A DNA stretch of 64,000 nucleotides from positions 62,001-126,000 of the forward strand of contig CDRNVI010000046.1 of NCBI GenBank assembly GCA_977017575.1. The letters run 5' to 3'. The first letter of the stretch is position 1. Every line of letters starts with the position of its first letter. The notes below the pieces were generated by a model. It ran no database searches and was not told the DNA's origin. It was given only the letters and a program-made list of their open reading frames with translations. Both the position numbers and the translations under genes were made by a program. This DNA is from Paramoeba atlantica (Eukaryota > Protista > Discosea). Shown here in pieces: positions 43,101-52,369 of the stretch.

Positions 43101-45370
43101 TGCCGAGCACCGACAGGGTCTTTGTACTCAACCAGAGGATGGACAAGCCGAAACAGGGACCTTGTTACTTTCGTCCCTGGTGTTAAATGTGGTCGAATCC
43201 AATACCTCGTTAATTGCTGCATGAGAGACACAGTTGTTTGAGTATCGCATAGAAGGTAAGGAACCATAGCCACATCGTCCAATCCCTGATAATAAGGCGC
43301 CTCCAAATCGACAGAAAGGATATGATTCATAATGTAGCTAAGTTCATTTTGCTGGTGAGGATCTGAAGAATTTCCGTAGCGACATCGATGTAAGTCTTTT
43401 TGAACCTGGTGGTAATTGGGAAGAGCATCAGGTTTATTTGCCCTACCTAGCCGCATTGCAGTATCGAGATTACCCACTAACATTTGCTCCCATGCCTTGC
43501 ACCGACGTTGCGCAGCGTCCTGTAATCCAAATTCAATGGCTCGCTGTCGTGTGCTCTCTAGAGAAGGGGCGGCATGAGGAGATTCCATGTGCTGTCGCTG
43601 TACGCGTTTTACCCACTGCTGCGCGTGATCTGGATTTAGAATAAGAAAAGGAGTAGAATCCACGACAAATTTTTTTTCGTCCTTTATCAACCACATAATC
43701 CCCGAGTGCGTTTCCTGGCAAGTCATTCGAAAGAAAAATAAGGAAGTAGGTAGCCTCATTGGGTCTATCACAGCGTTGTACAGCACATCCGCTTCGACCG
43801 GAGGATCCAAATGCGACATTTCAGAAACCTCTATGTTAGAAGCCAGCAAGAGAACTTGATTAGGTTCTGCGTCTTCCGGTGTACCGGCAAACAGTGCGAT
43901 ATCACAATGCGCTTTTAGTTTGTTGCTCGCGTGCCATGCCACATTGATGTGCCTATCGGTACTAAACACAGGAATACGTCTTTCCCGGATAGATGCCGAT
44001 TCCTCCCCATCAGGGAAGCCTCCAGCAATAAGACGAGCCTCCGGAGAAACGAATCGCACGTCATATTGGCTTTGTTGTCGTTGCACACGTATGTAGAACT
44101 TTTCGCTGTACGTAAACTCTGTGGTGGGTGGGGAAAAGTTGTTTTGCTGTGTGGGAGGATCGATGATGTCGACGTGGTGAAATGCTACGCGGTACCAACC
44201 CGTTCGCATGCGAGACATTGGCACAAGCAATCTCCAGTAGTGCTGAGCGTGATCCTTAAAATACTTCGTTCTTACTGCATTCTTTCGGCTAATAGAGTAA
44301 TAGCGAGCAAGAATCTCCTTAAGTGGGATCGTGTGCGATCTGTCCGCGTCCATTGAGCGTCTCCAAGGTGTCATTTTCTGAGAATCCCCTCTTGCAGCGG
44401 AACCGAAAGACATATCTAGGCTGACCTCTGGCACAGGAGAAAATTCATCGGACCCCGGGGCTTGATGTTGCAAGCTCAGCGCGGCCAATGGGCCGACGGA
44501 TTTATCCCATGCACGGTAAAGAAATCGAACGATGACTTGTGAGTACCCACCTGGTACAATTTCAACGAGATTAGGGTGATACGTCGGTGCATACGAAGGT
44601 TCTTGAATATGCAACACTCCGCGTCGCATTAGAGTAAACGGGGTGCTGTACCGAAGCCCCACGCTAAAGACGTAGCACCCGAATGTCAGTTTGTTAAACA
44701 AATCTTGTGAAGCAAGGTCTTTCCCCACAGGATTTGGTACAATAACGACAATACTTTTCCCAGAGCCACTCCACGTGACGTTTGGCAACGTGACACAACT
44801 TCCTTCTTCCGTGTTCCTTAGGGCCGGATGAAACTTATTGAGATCAACTCGACACATCTCAACCGACTCAGTATTGCGATGTAGAGCTTGGGTGGCAAAG
44901 GTTTTGTACCAAGCTTCATGATGAGGTGACCAGGGTTTCTCTTTCAACTCTACTGCGTCTCCCATGAAGAGAATTGGGCCACGGTACGCGTCATAAGTAG
45001 GTTCCGAGATTTGTACGCCTGGAGGTAGATGTAAGGTGGTATTTGCTTTTCCATGACCCCCCACGTCCCAATGCGTGTATCTAATCCACTGTGGTGAGAG
45101 GTACTTCGGTGGGCGATACATTTCTGAGACCAACAAGCTAGGGTCGCGGTTTAGAACCTCAGCAAATGGACCTTCAAATTTCATGATAGATTCAGCTTTT
45201 GTGAGGTTGTAGGGCCCTTTCGGTGAAAAACGATTCCCCTCTTGTAGCTCGCCGTCATGAGATTCTACACTTCTGTTCGCCACTGATGAATCGCGCAGAG
45301 GTGCCGATAACAGTAAGAATAATGCCACGCAACGTACAAGCTGAAACATTCCTATTTTTTCCTTTCTCAT
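40196..45370 (-). CDS. Signal-peptide-bearing TBC (Rab-GAP) domain protein, paralogue 2 (1724 aa)
   Basis: N-terminus MRKEKIGMFQLVRCVALFLLLSA; VQKDLHR and YYQG fingers. It aligns by eye with paralogue 1 across the N-terminal, TBC and C-terminal domains. Confidence 0.85.
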   Translation of the reverse strand: MRKEKIGMFQLVRCVALFLLLSAPLRDSSVANRSVESHDGELQEGNRFSPKGPYNLTKAESIMKFEGPFAEVLNRDPSLLVSEMYRPPKYLSPQWIRYTHWDVGGHGKANTTLHLPPGVQISEPTYDAYRGPILFMGDAVELKEKPWSPHHEAWYKTFATQALHRNTESVEMCRVDLNKFHPALRNTEEGSCVTLPNVTWSGSGKSIVVIVPNPVGKDLASQDLFNKLTFGCYVFSVGLRYSTPFTLMRRGVLHIQEPSYAPTYHPNLVEIVPGGYSQVIVRFLYRAWDKSVGPLAALSLQHQAPGSDEFSPVPEVSLDMSFGSAARGDSQKMTPWRRSMDADRSHTIPLKEILARYYSISRKNAVRTKYFKDHAQHYWRLLVPMSRMRTGWYRVAFHHVDIIDPPTQQNNFSPPTTEFTYSEKFYIRVQRQQSQYDVRFVSPEARLIAGGFPDGEESASIRERRIPVFSTDRHINVAWHASNKLKAHCDIALFAGTPEDAEPNQVLLLASNIEVSEMSHLDPPVEADVLYNAVIDPMRLPTSLFFFRMTCQETHSGIMWLIKDEKKFVVDSTPFLILNPDHAQQWVKRVQRQHMESPHAAPSLESTRQRAIEFGLQDAAQRRCKAWEQMLVGNLDTAMRLGRANKPDALPNYHQVQKDLHRCRYGNSSDPHQQNELSYIMNHILSVDLEAPYYQGLDDVAMVPYLLCDTQTTVSLMQQLTRYWIRPHLTPGTKVTRSLFRLVHPLVEYKDPVGARHIEAASQAGGDYAFAWIATLFTTAYTKGPLHVVARMYDFFFATDPFFMPVYLSASMLIHARADLDRAYHDIVRQAEELGLEEPETFHMYQAIFSVPHRYGTTEIDELYGSGKTDEPLENVLAYALELYKVCPPERLMLYEPGTNPCLGQRPNEEGDQSSDVVSPVLSPNVTLSPIDTPSQSILDSDQLLSEGAVSSVRVDVLMSFEDTVEKLMNDPEFVYIESADSEPLPSSRCAEISLTDRNSRPSSAGLFGKSNKDSTEVEYTNSTLSDVRLNRRPRKSSSSRRSSSSRRDRSRSDMGIPNPFRFFAAPERKGGHSRSPSPHGSSTASKSSSPVDCMSVLDAAGPLEDAYVALQLDELESTLQDTVNQLFNSETASLSGETPETTLRQELQEAYAQAFKRWKRWNSRSAEFLMKPFLYEEMLEWAKNPLASSIMHLTAPAILQAIDEVLQQEQAMEEFSDPKSAASCPEIPSNETVGSDSRFQIKRSSTHSQFLYDGGRSLLQMALRLYIPQHDLYVQLRQFLSRTRMSVALQRPSLYITSGNDLQQLQSLFISAKYSAQDKEVRTANRVESVISTEVEEIVNKGSYIKGARARPAAFILSSGTSQFEVDPFTVESDGSCRIRVLLPRFKQYIYSTEEQLTETLSNLYYRLFDEFQRSPCYSLRIPVDELTHDFVRHVLYYHLKRLPEGQWNNQTYCTKAIAQYNTKALIDTLLRAPDLMIHRLNQPFGAHAVYFCAGSRKGSKIYTKALNKAFGRAVLSRREEEAKRAMFGSGTGGRRSRSRSRLRGRTLSHASPTPSSSHLSAPPAPPPQPIHLTPSRFRVGSYEEEPILREQQNHTATADGSEWDETSTCSALGSSREPEESGGTSLWEEGWETTSGPGEGSSMQLRGKEEEEEDPFLGPVESNAETQQWGEEGKNSEEMESGSSPKRLVVHPAANSAEADFSVPQGVTRRKLSGVPLHSKEE

Positions 45371-45897
45371 GACAACATGACAAGTAAAATAAATTACGCG
45401 TAAAATTAGGCAGTCAAATTATTCGATGTGATTAATAGGGAAAAACGATTCTCCGCTTTATGAAATACAATACTATAAAAGAATAGTAGTTACTTCTCCA
45501 TTCATAGCTCAAAGGAACTACAGGCAGTTCTCGAATGGCCCATTACTCATCATTCAAATATTCCCAACGAACTCTTAATTATTACACAAAAAACGAGCGA
45601 TTTTTTACTTATTTCCACCCCACTGATCGCGAAAGACAATATGGACACCGAAATTCGGGGCGAATCACCTTGCACACGCTCTCTGAACATTCATGAGGCT
45701 GCTGCGTTTCGGATGCAGCCTTGGCGACCATTACTGATCTAGCCCAGTCCCCTGTACCAGGCGTTCACTCCTGTCAGCGTGAGACAAGAGGCGTGTAGCT
45801 ACTTGATGTCAAATTTTGATTCCAGAGTGCGACGCACTTTAGGGATTATTCGTCTCCGCCCCTGACTGCTCCAGAGGTTCTCTCAGGAGATCGACAT

Positions 45898-46398
45898 TTA
45901 CGGTTCGTCATGGGATCGAATTCTTTTTGCCTTTAAGTATACCTCAATCTCTTTGTGGTCATTCGCAAAAGCCAAATCCTCCGCAGTCTTTCCCGCCTTA
46001 CTCATGTGAGACAAACACAATGGACTGTGATTGACCAGTACTCGCGTTATTTCTTCCCATCCCCCAGCCGCAGCGTAGTGCAGCGGTGTCTTCCCGGCAT
46101 CATCGATGCCATCGCAGTGCGCTCCATAGCGCAGCAAAATATCTACGATTTCTTTGTGACCACGAGAGGCCGCGAAATGCAACGCGGACCATTTTTGGTT
46201 ATCAAACGTTCGAGCGGAAGCCCCGTGTGAGAGAAGAAGTTCCGCCACAGCGCCCTGACCGGAGTGTGAGGCGTGGTGTAGCATTGTCATGCCATTGCGG
46301 TCACGCTCTTCGGTGGCGTTGGAGTGCTGTAGGAAAATCCGAATGCGTTCGAGGTCACCTGTGCGACACGCGTCGTACAGAGATTGTTCAGAGGACAT
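45898..46398 (-). CDS. Ankyrin-repeat protein (about 166 aa)
   Basis: Repeats GMTMLHHASHSG, WSALHFAASRGH, GKTPLHYAAAGG and GKTAEDLA. Confidence 0.95.
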   Translation of the reverse strand: MSSEQSLYDACRTGDLERIRIFLQHSNATEERDRNGMTMLHHASHSGQGAVAELLLSHGASARTFDNQKWSALHFAASRGHKEIVDILLRYGAHCDGIDDAGKTPLHYAAAGGWEEITRVLVNHSPLCLSHMSKAGKTAEDLAFANDHKEIEVYLKAKRIRSHDEP

Positions 46399-46581
46399 AA
46401 GAAGAAAGAGCAATGATTGGGCTATAGAAAAAAAAGCTTTGCGCTACAGACGTGCAGTGTACACTCTTGGACAATGACAGACTGTCACATAAGAAAATAT
46501 CTTTAACAATTATTTCAAGGTTACAAGAGTTCTTTTTGATCGAAGACTTACATCTGCCTTTGCAAAGTGTGAACTGTTGCT

Positions 46582-48489
46582 TTACCGGAATCGTTGTCTT
46601 TTGCGCTTCATGACTGGTCGATTTTTCAAGCGGGGCGACGCATTGTTGATCGCGTCAGTAAAATTTTGTGTCGTTTCTTGTATGTCCTCCAAAGCATTCG
46701 ATAACTTGTGTTCATCATGCGTCAAGCATGATACAACCGACTCTCTCGCGTGGTCTACTTCAATCGATTCGACATCTTTGCGTGATACGTCCTTGGGTAT
46801 GGGAATCTTTGATTCAGTGCGATATTTTTTGGACGCTTTAAAACCGCCCGCCTTCCCCAATGCGTGGGATACAAGCCGTCCAGAATGCTTGCTGCGTAGC
46901 TCACGAGTTCTTTGTCGAGAGAGATATTTGAATTTTCGTGATTCAGTTGAAGTGGCATAGGGTGCATACCACCGCAATGGAGCTATTTCATTCAAAGTGC
47001 GATCATCAGTTGTCAAAATGTCGATGGCATCTAAAGCGATATCCTGAGAAGGTACAGTTGCGTACCGAAATTTCGTAGCGGTTTCAGTACTCAGCGGGGT
47101 CTGAAGATCACGAAGAGCTTCGCATACAGACGGATCAGACAGAAGTTGTGATTCCACAGCGCTTTTCTTTAAGATATGAGAATAATCTATGCTATCCGTT
47201 CCCTGTAGGGAACGTAGGTTTGAATCACGGTGCATTTGATAGTCGTTTTCAATATTTTCGTTTTCGTCTGAGTGAAGTTCGCCGCTATCTTTTTCAGCGT
47301 AAAAATTTTCACCAAAAAGACCACTCATCTGTTCGTCCCATTTTGAGGGATCAAAATCCCCTTTAAGAATGTCCGTAAGATTGAGCTGTTTCATGCACTC
47401 GGAACCTGCGACACGACTAATAGCTTCGATACGTTGTTTTCTCTCCTCTTGTTTCAATCTGCGTAATCTTTGAAGTGATTCACGTTTCTCTTGCTCGGCC
47501 TGCTGCTGCCTTTCTTCTTTGAGTTGTCTAGAATGTTTTCGAGACGAAGACTTATTCCGCAGACTTTGTTCCGCTGTCCGTGGGTAGACGTAAATACGGG
47601 ATTGTCCTTCAATCTCATTGACGCCGATGCCGTTTTCTTTCTTTGTGTCATCCTGTTCTTGCTGTGGGTCATTCTTTTCGACTTCAGGACGTAATGAGAA
47701 GTCTTCTGACCTATTTGGTTTCTCAACGTGAGACTCTTCTTCTAAGTCTTCATTTGTGGAAATTATTTTTCTCCATCCATCTCCACGAAAATAATCTTTC
47801 AGAAATTTGTCCTCCTCGGTATCGGCTTTATTTTTCGTTAACACTTCGTAAAATCGCACAGACTTTGTAGGAGCTTGTATAGACTTTTCTTGTTGAGCTG
47901 GGCCTGTATTTGGTACCACCTTAATGATATCATCTTGTATTTCGTGACTATTACTCTGCTCCTCCCTCGCAGCTAGCTCTAGAAAGCGTGCTCGAGTTTT
48001 TTCTGCATCAGGATCACGCACAAGTCGTGAATTTCCTTTAAGCGTGAACTCAGTAATATGTGACTCGGAATCCGGAGCCTGATCAAAATTGCCAGAAACA
48101 TGTTGCGAAAGTTGTTCCGAGATCTGTCTCTTCAGTGTAAGCGGCGTATGCTCCTGGCTGGATTTTTGAACCTCGTCGTCACTCAGCTCTGGTGTAATTT
48201 CATCGTCCCACAAGGGCTTCTTTATATTCTTCAAGGACTCTGGATTATTTCGAATTTTCCACAGAACATCTGCGAAGACATTTTCACTTTTAGTTGTACA
48301 AAGGACAGCCTCGTCGTCTTCTATAACTCCCGCTTCACTGTCGGAATCTGAATCTCCGTAAGTACGTCGTAGTCTTCGAAGTTCGTACGCCTTTCTGCGA
48401 TCTTCGAATGTCTTTGCATATCCCTCATTAATTGTCAGATGTGAGCGTTCATCCTCATCGGATTCGCTTAGTAAATCTATCTGTTGCAT
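46582..48489 (-). CDS. KRI1: KRI1 (Krr1-interacting 40S biogenesis factor)
   Basis: INEGYAKTFE..EL..L...YGD, YPR, FDPSKWDEQM..LF, FRYATV..IL..DD..LN..APY. Confidence 0.88.
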   Translation of the reverse strand: MQQIDLLSESDEDERSHLTINEGYAKTFEDRRKAYELRRLRRTYGDSDSDSEAGVIEDDEAVLCTTKSENVFADVLWKIRNNPESLKNIKKPLWDDEITPELSDDEVQKSSQEHTPLTLKRQISEQLSQHVSGNFDQAPDSESHITEFTLKGNSRLVRDPDAEKTRARFLELAAREEQSNSHEIQDDIIKVVPNTGPAQQEKSIQAPTKSVRFYEVLTKNKADTEEDKFLKDYFRGDGWRKIISTNEDLEEESHVEKPNRSEDFSLRPEVEKNDPQQEQDDTKKENGIGVNEIEGQSRIYVYPRTAEQSLRNKSSSRKHSRQLKEERQQQAEQEKRESLQRLRRLKQEERKQRIEAISRVAGSECMKQLNLTDILKGDFDPSKWDEQMSGLFGENFYAEKDSGELHSDENENIENDYQMHRDSNLRSLQGTDSIDYSHILKKSAVESQLLSDPSVCEALRDLQTPLSTETATKFRYATVPSQDIALDAIDILTTDDRTLNEIAPLRWYAPYATSTESRKFKYLSRQRTRELRSKHSGRLVSHALGKAGGFKASKKYRTESKIPIPKDVSRKDVESIEVDHARESVVSCLTHDEHKLSNALEDIQETTQNFTDAINNASPRLKNRPVMKRKRQRFR

Positions 48490-48698
48490 ACGGCAGAAAT
48501 GCTGTGTAATAAAGTGTTTTAAAGTTTTTCTATTTCGAAAATTTCTTTGTTGAATAATTAAACAAAAAGGCTAGAAAAATATGATATCAAAATATCATAT
48601 TTTACTAGGGGAAATACAATGTCCGATATCCCTTTCCTGATGTACAGTAAATCACGGCACACAATACCCCGGTGCGAGTGCACAAGAAACATAACGCC

Positions 48699-49556
48699 TC
48701 ATTCGGCTTGTCGGGCGCATCTCAAGAAGTATAAATCCAACATGAGCGCCTTTTTTTTGAGAGCTTCCCTTTCCCTAACACTTGTAAGCGTATTGATCAT
48801 TTGTTGAATCTCTGAGTTCAGGATGTGCAAATTTGCCTTTATAATTTCTAGACAAGGTGTTTCTTGTTCGTTCTTGTTTCTTACTTCATTTCCCTTCAAC
48901 AAATAACGTTGTATTTGAGCTCGATGCATAAAGGGAAGGTCCGATTTAGCTTCTTTCGGAACCTGTGCATACTCTGGAATAAGGGGATAACCCAAAGGGT
49001 ATTCCGGCAAGATGCGCTTCTTTCTTTTCCATATCCAGTACGCGAATACGTGGGCTTTAACATCCAAGGATATATTCTCTACCTCGTCTAGCACAGTCTC
49101 ATCGGGAAATGTGTCCTGCATATTTTCCCACATAAAGTCTTCTAAAAAATTCAGAAGAAGTCGAAGTTCGTTTTCTGTTATGCGTAGAGTGCATTTCCAC
49201 ATCTCCTCCGGAATTCCCGTTACCACTGGAACGGATGGTAAATTGATAAAGTGACAGTGCGACGAACAAGAGGCCTCACTCTTTACACCATTTCTATTTT
49301 CCTCTGAATGAGTGAAAAGGAATTCAGCATCTTCGTGGTCAATCGTATAAGGCGCGATTTGTGCCGCTGGTGGGGCGCGAAGTGTAGTCACTGGAAGCTG
49401 AAATTTCGTTGTACGTTTCTTTGGAACAGACTCTCGCTTCGAGTACCGAGGCAATAAAATGGGGGGCAATACCTCGGGTTTGGGTGGGTGGGGTAATGGA
49501 ACCCTTGTCACACAGAGAGGATCGTCGAGCGAGAATTTTAGGTCCAAACTTTGCAT
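48699..49556 (-). CDS. Enhancer-of-Polycomb/Epl1-like chromatin protein
   Basis: YTIDHEDAEFL, LLLNFLE and VFAYWIWKRKKR..PLIP resemble the EPL1/EPc-A motifs. Confidence 0.6.
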   Translation of the reverse strand: MQSLDLKFSLDDPLCVTRVPLPHPPKPEVLPPILLPRYSKRESVPKKRTTKFQLPVTTLRAPPAAQIAPYTIDHEDAEFLFTHSEENRNGVKSEASCSSHCHFINLPSVPVVTGIPEEMWKCTLRITENELRLLLNFLEDFMWENMQDTFPDETVLDEVENISLDVKAHVFAYWIWKRKKRILPEYPLGYPLIPEYAQVPKEAKSDLPFMHRAQIQRYLLKGNEVRNKNEQETPCLEIIKANLHILNSEIQQMINTLTSVREREALKKKALMLDLYFLRCARQAE

Positions 49557-49796
49557 GAGTGCCTCGCGTGTGTACAACAGGCGGATTTAATAGCGTAACA
49601 TTGAGTAGAAGTCACAATATCACTTAGAATAAAAGAGGGTTTGTACACGACACGCCGTGTATGAATAAAACTTTGTGTACCCCAAAATACCTTTCAGCAC
49701 AATTTTTCCCTCCACCACATGACGACCATCAACCCTATGTACACTGTACCACCCCACCTTACTTGTACTGCCCACCCCCACCCCTCTATCCCCACC

Positions 49797-50429
49797 CTAA
49801 TCCCACCTGTACCTCGGTCGTATCACCGGACCCGTCACCTTCTCCGGGCACCGTTGCAGCACATTCGGATCCTGATACCTCTCCGTCAACCCCAACGGTC
49901 GTTGTATCTCATACAACCACGCATGCCGCCTCCTTGCCACCTCCCTCACCACCCCCTCCGTTCCCTCCCCCCTTCCCACGCTCTCCCGTGCCGTGCGCAT
50001 CCCGTGGAGCTCCCCCGCGACGGCCGGCTCCCCGGGGCGGTACGGGTCGTAGGCGCCGGAGTGCCTGTGGTGCCGCCGCATCCACTTGGTGCAGTACGCG
50101 CGGTGCATGTCGGTCTGCACCTCGACCCACTGGTACGACGGGTTCACGACGCTGTGGCGCAGTGCCATTACCCCGGGGGCCGTGGAGTGGAGGGTGTAGG
50201 TGCGGGGGTGGAGCGTGGCGCCGGGGCCGTCGTGGTAGAGGGGGGCGCGGGTGTAGTAGCGGTGGTCGTAGCGGTGGCGCTGGCGGAGGAGCTGGGCGTG
50301 GGGGCCGGGGACGGGGGAGCCGAGGTCGAAGTTAAACTGGAGCAGGGTGCGGCGGCGGTGGTGGTAGCGGTTTTTGAGGTAGCCGGAGGTGGCTTTGCTG
50401 GCATAGGTGGTGGGGGTGGCGTGGAGCAT
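49797..50429 (-). CDS. MRPL27: Mitochondrial ribosomal protein bL27m-like, with C-terminal extension
   Basis: ASKATSGYLKN, GSPVPGPHAQLLRQR and TYTLHSTAPGVM match the L27 pattern (ASKK.GGS.KN, G..V..G.I..RQR, DHTLFA...G.V). Confidence 0.7.
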   Translation of the reverse strand: MLHATPTTYASKATSGYLKNRYHHRRRTLLQFNFDLGSPVPGPHAQLLRQRHRYDHRYYTRAPLYHDGPGATLHPRTYTLHSTAPGVMALRHSVVNPSYQWVEVQTDMHRAYCTKWMRRHHRHSGAYDPYRPGEPAVAGELHGMRTARESVGRGEGTEGVVREVARRRHAWLYEIQRPLGLTERYQDPNVLQRCPEKVTGPVIRPRYRWD

Positions 50430-50793
50430 GGGCAGGGGGGAGAGGAAAAGGAAGGAAAAAAGAAGGCGGGAAAAGAAGGTAGGAGACGGGGGTTGGGGGG
50501 TAAAAAGTGTGGAATCGTGAAGAAAAAGTGCGGATTGTGGAAATGGGTGAGGGGGAAAAATCTACTAAACACTACTAGGGGGTTATTACTACTAAGGGGG
50601 GTGGCAAGATTGGCTTCTGTGTGTGGATTTGGCATTCAATTCAAAAAAACAACGAAAATAAGGTGATCCTTGGAGATGACTACTCCCCCGTGGGCATGTT
50701 CCTTGTCTTTGCCTTTAAACACAGGTTCAACCTACCGCCCACTACAAATCCTACCTACTCACTCCTGTTCACGTACAACACCCTCACCTCTAC

Positions 50794-52065
50794 CTACACC
50801 CATCCGGCACCATCAAACGAGACAGCATGTGTGGAGGGGATACTCGGAGGGGACATGGGACACAGAACCGAGTCCGGCCCCTCACCCTGGGCCTCGCCCC
50901 CATAGGCACTCGCCCCGGTCAACGGGGGACGCACCTCATCAAACCACGGGCTGAGGAGTGCCGCCTTCGCGGAGACCCGTGCCATAGGGTCATACCGCAG
51001 CATCGAGGACAGCAGTGCCTCCCCCTCCGGGTCCAGCTCCGGAAACAGCGACCGCAGGGGCTGCGCCCTCCACTGCGGGAACTGCGGGCAGAAGTCCTCC
51101 AGCCCCTCCACGGCATGCCACACCCCCGCATTCGGGGTCCCGAGCAGCTGGAATATCTTATAGAGCTGGTCAATCTCGCAGTCCCCCGGGAACAGCGGGG
51201 TGCCACGCCCCAGCAGCTCCCCGAGTATACACCCCACACTCCACACATCCACCGCAGCCGTGTAACTCGGGGACCCGAGCAAGATCTCCGGCGGTCGGTA
51301 CCACTGCGTCACCACCTCCCGGGTGTACTCCGGGGTCGGGACATGAAACGCCCGCGCGAGTCCAAAGTCCGCCAACTTCACCTCCTCCGCATCCGCACTC
51401 ACCAGAATGTTATGCGGCTTCAAGTCCCGGTGCAGCACCCGTCGCCCGTGGCAGTGACACAGCCCCGCGAGGATTTGGAACACAATCCGCTTGATGGCGT
51501 GCCGGGTCGTTTTTGTGTTCGTAGGGGTCATGGTCTCTGCCCCCCCCTCGGCCCCCCCCTCCCCGAAGGCCCTCTCCATCCACGCCTTCAGGTCCATGTC
51601 GACGAACTCGAACACGAGCGCGAGGCGGGCGGGGGTGCAGACGACGTCGTGGAGCCGCACCACGTTGGGGTGGTCCAGCGCGAGCAGCAGGGAGGTCTCG
51701 CGCAGCGCGGTGGCGGGGATCCCCTCCTCGGCGTCCTCCGTGGTGCGCATCTTCTTCAGCGCGACGGTGCGGCCGGTGAGGGTGTCGCGGCACTGGTACA
51801 CCGCCCCGTACGAGCCCTCCCCGAGCTTCATCTGCTTCACGTAGCGCTGGGTGGGGTCCGGGGCGCCGGGGGGGAGGGGGGGCGGCGCCGGGGAGGGGGG
51901 GCCGGTGGCGTTGGTGCGGTCCACGCCGAAGGCCGGGGGGTCCGCGCCTCGGGCACGTTTCAGGGGTAGGGCCTCCTGTGTGGGGTGCGGGGGGGCGGTG
52001 ACGCAGGTGGGGTGGACGTGGGTGTGGGGGAGACGGGGCTCGTGGTGACTTCCGGGGTGGGTCAT
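50794..52065 (-). CDS. cdc2-related cyclin-dependent kinase (CRK3/CDK1-like) with Pro-rich N-terminal extension
   Basis: GEGSYG, VALKK, EGIPATALRE (PSTAIRE variant), HRDLKPHN, DFG, YTREVVTQWYRPPE, GDCEIDQL. Confidence 0.92.
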   Translation of the reverse strand: MTHPGSHHEPRLPHTHVHPTCVTAPPHPTQEALPLKRARGADPPAFGVDRTNATGPPSPAPPPLPPGAPDPTQRYVKQMKLGEGSYGAVYQCRDTLTGRTVALKKMRTTEDAEEGIPATALRETSLLLALDHPNVVRLHDVVCTPARLALVFEFVDMDLKAWMERAFGEGGAEGGAETMTPTNTKTTRHAIKRIVFQILAGLCHCHGRRVLHRDLKPHNILVSADAEEVKLADFGLARAFHVPTPEYTREVVTQWYRPPEILLGSPSYTAAVDVWSVGCILGELLGRGTPLFPGDCEIDQLYKIFQLLGTPNAGVWHAVEGLEDFCPQFPQWRAQPLRSLFPELDPEGEALLSSMLRYDPMARVSAKAALLSPWFDEVRPPLTGASAYGGEAQGEGPDSVLCPMSPPSIPSTHAVSFDGAGWV

Positions 52066-52369
52066 CGGGGTAGGGAGGTGAGGGGTAGAGGGAGTAATCG
52101 GTAAGGTTGGGGTATGGGTTCATTGTGATGAATGTGCAAAACGATAGATTACCTTTTTTAAACACCATCTTCCTTTATTGAAGTGTGTGTACGTTCCTCT
52201 TTTACAAAATCTTAGATGGTAAGACAGTACTCACGTAAAATCATGTGTGACTCTTTTGGTCCCCTAAAAATTAACTTCTTTCTCCACTTTCTTCCTCTTC
52301 CTGAGACTCTCTCACTTACACGCTTAGCACATGCCCCGTCCCGGGCGCTCCTCTCCCGCTTTGTACGCT

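Noticed and set aside
45600-45890. Possible C/D snoRNA (CTGA and TGATG words)
   Set aside because: Boxes are imperfect, lie opposite the cluster strand, and no rRNA complement was identified.
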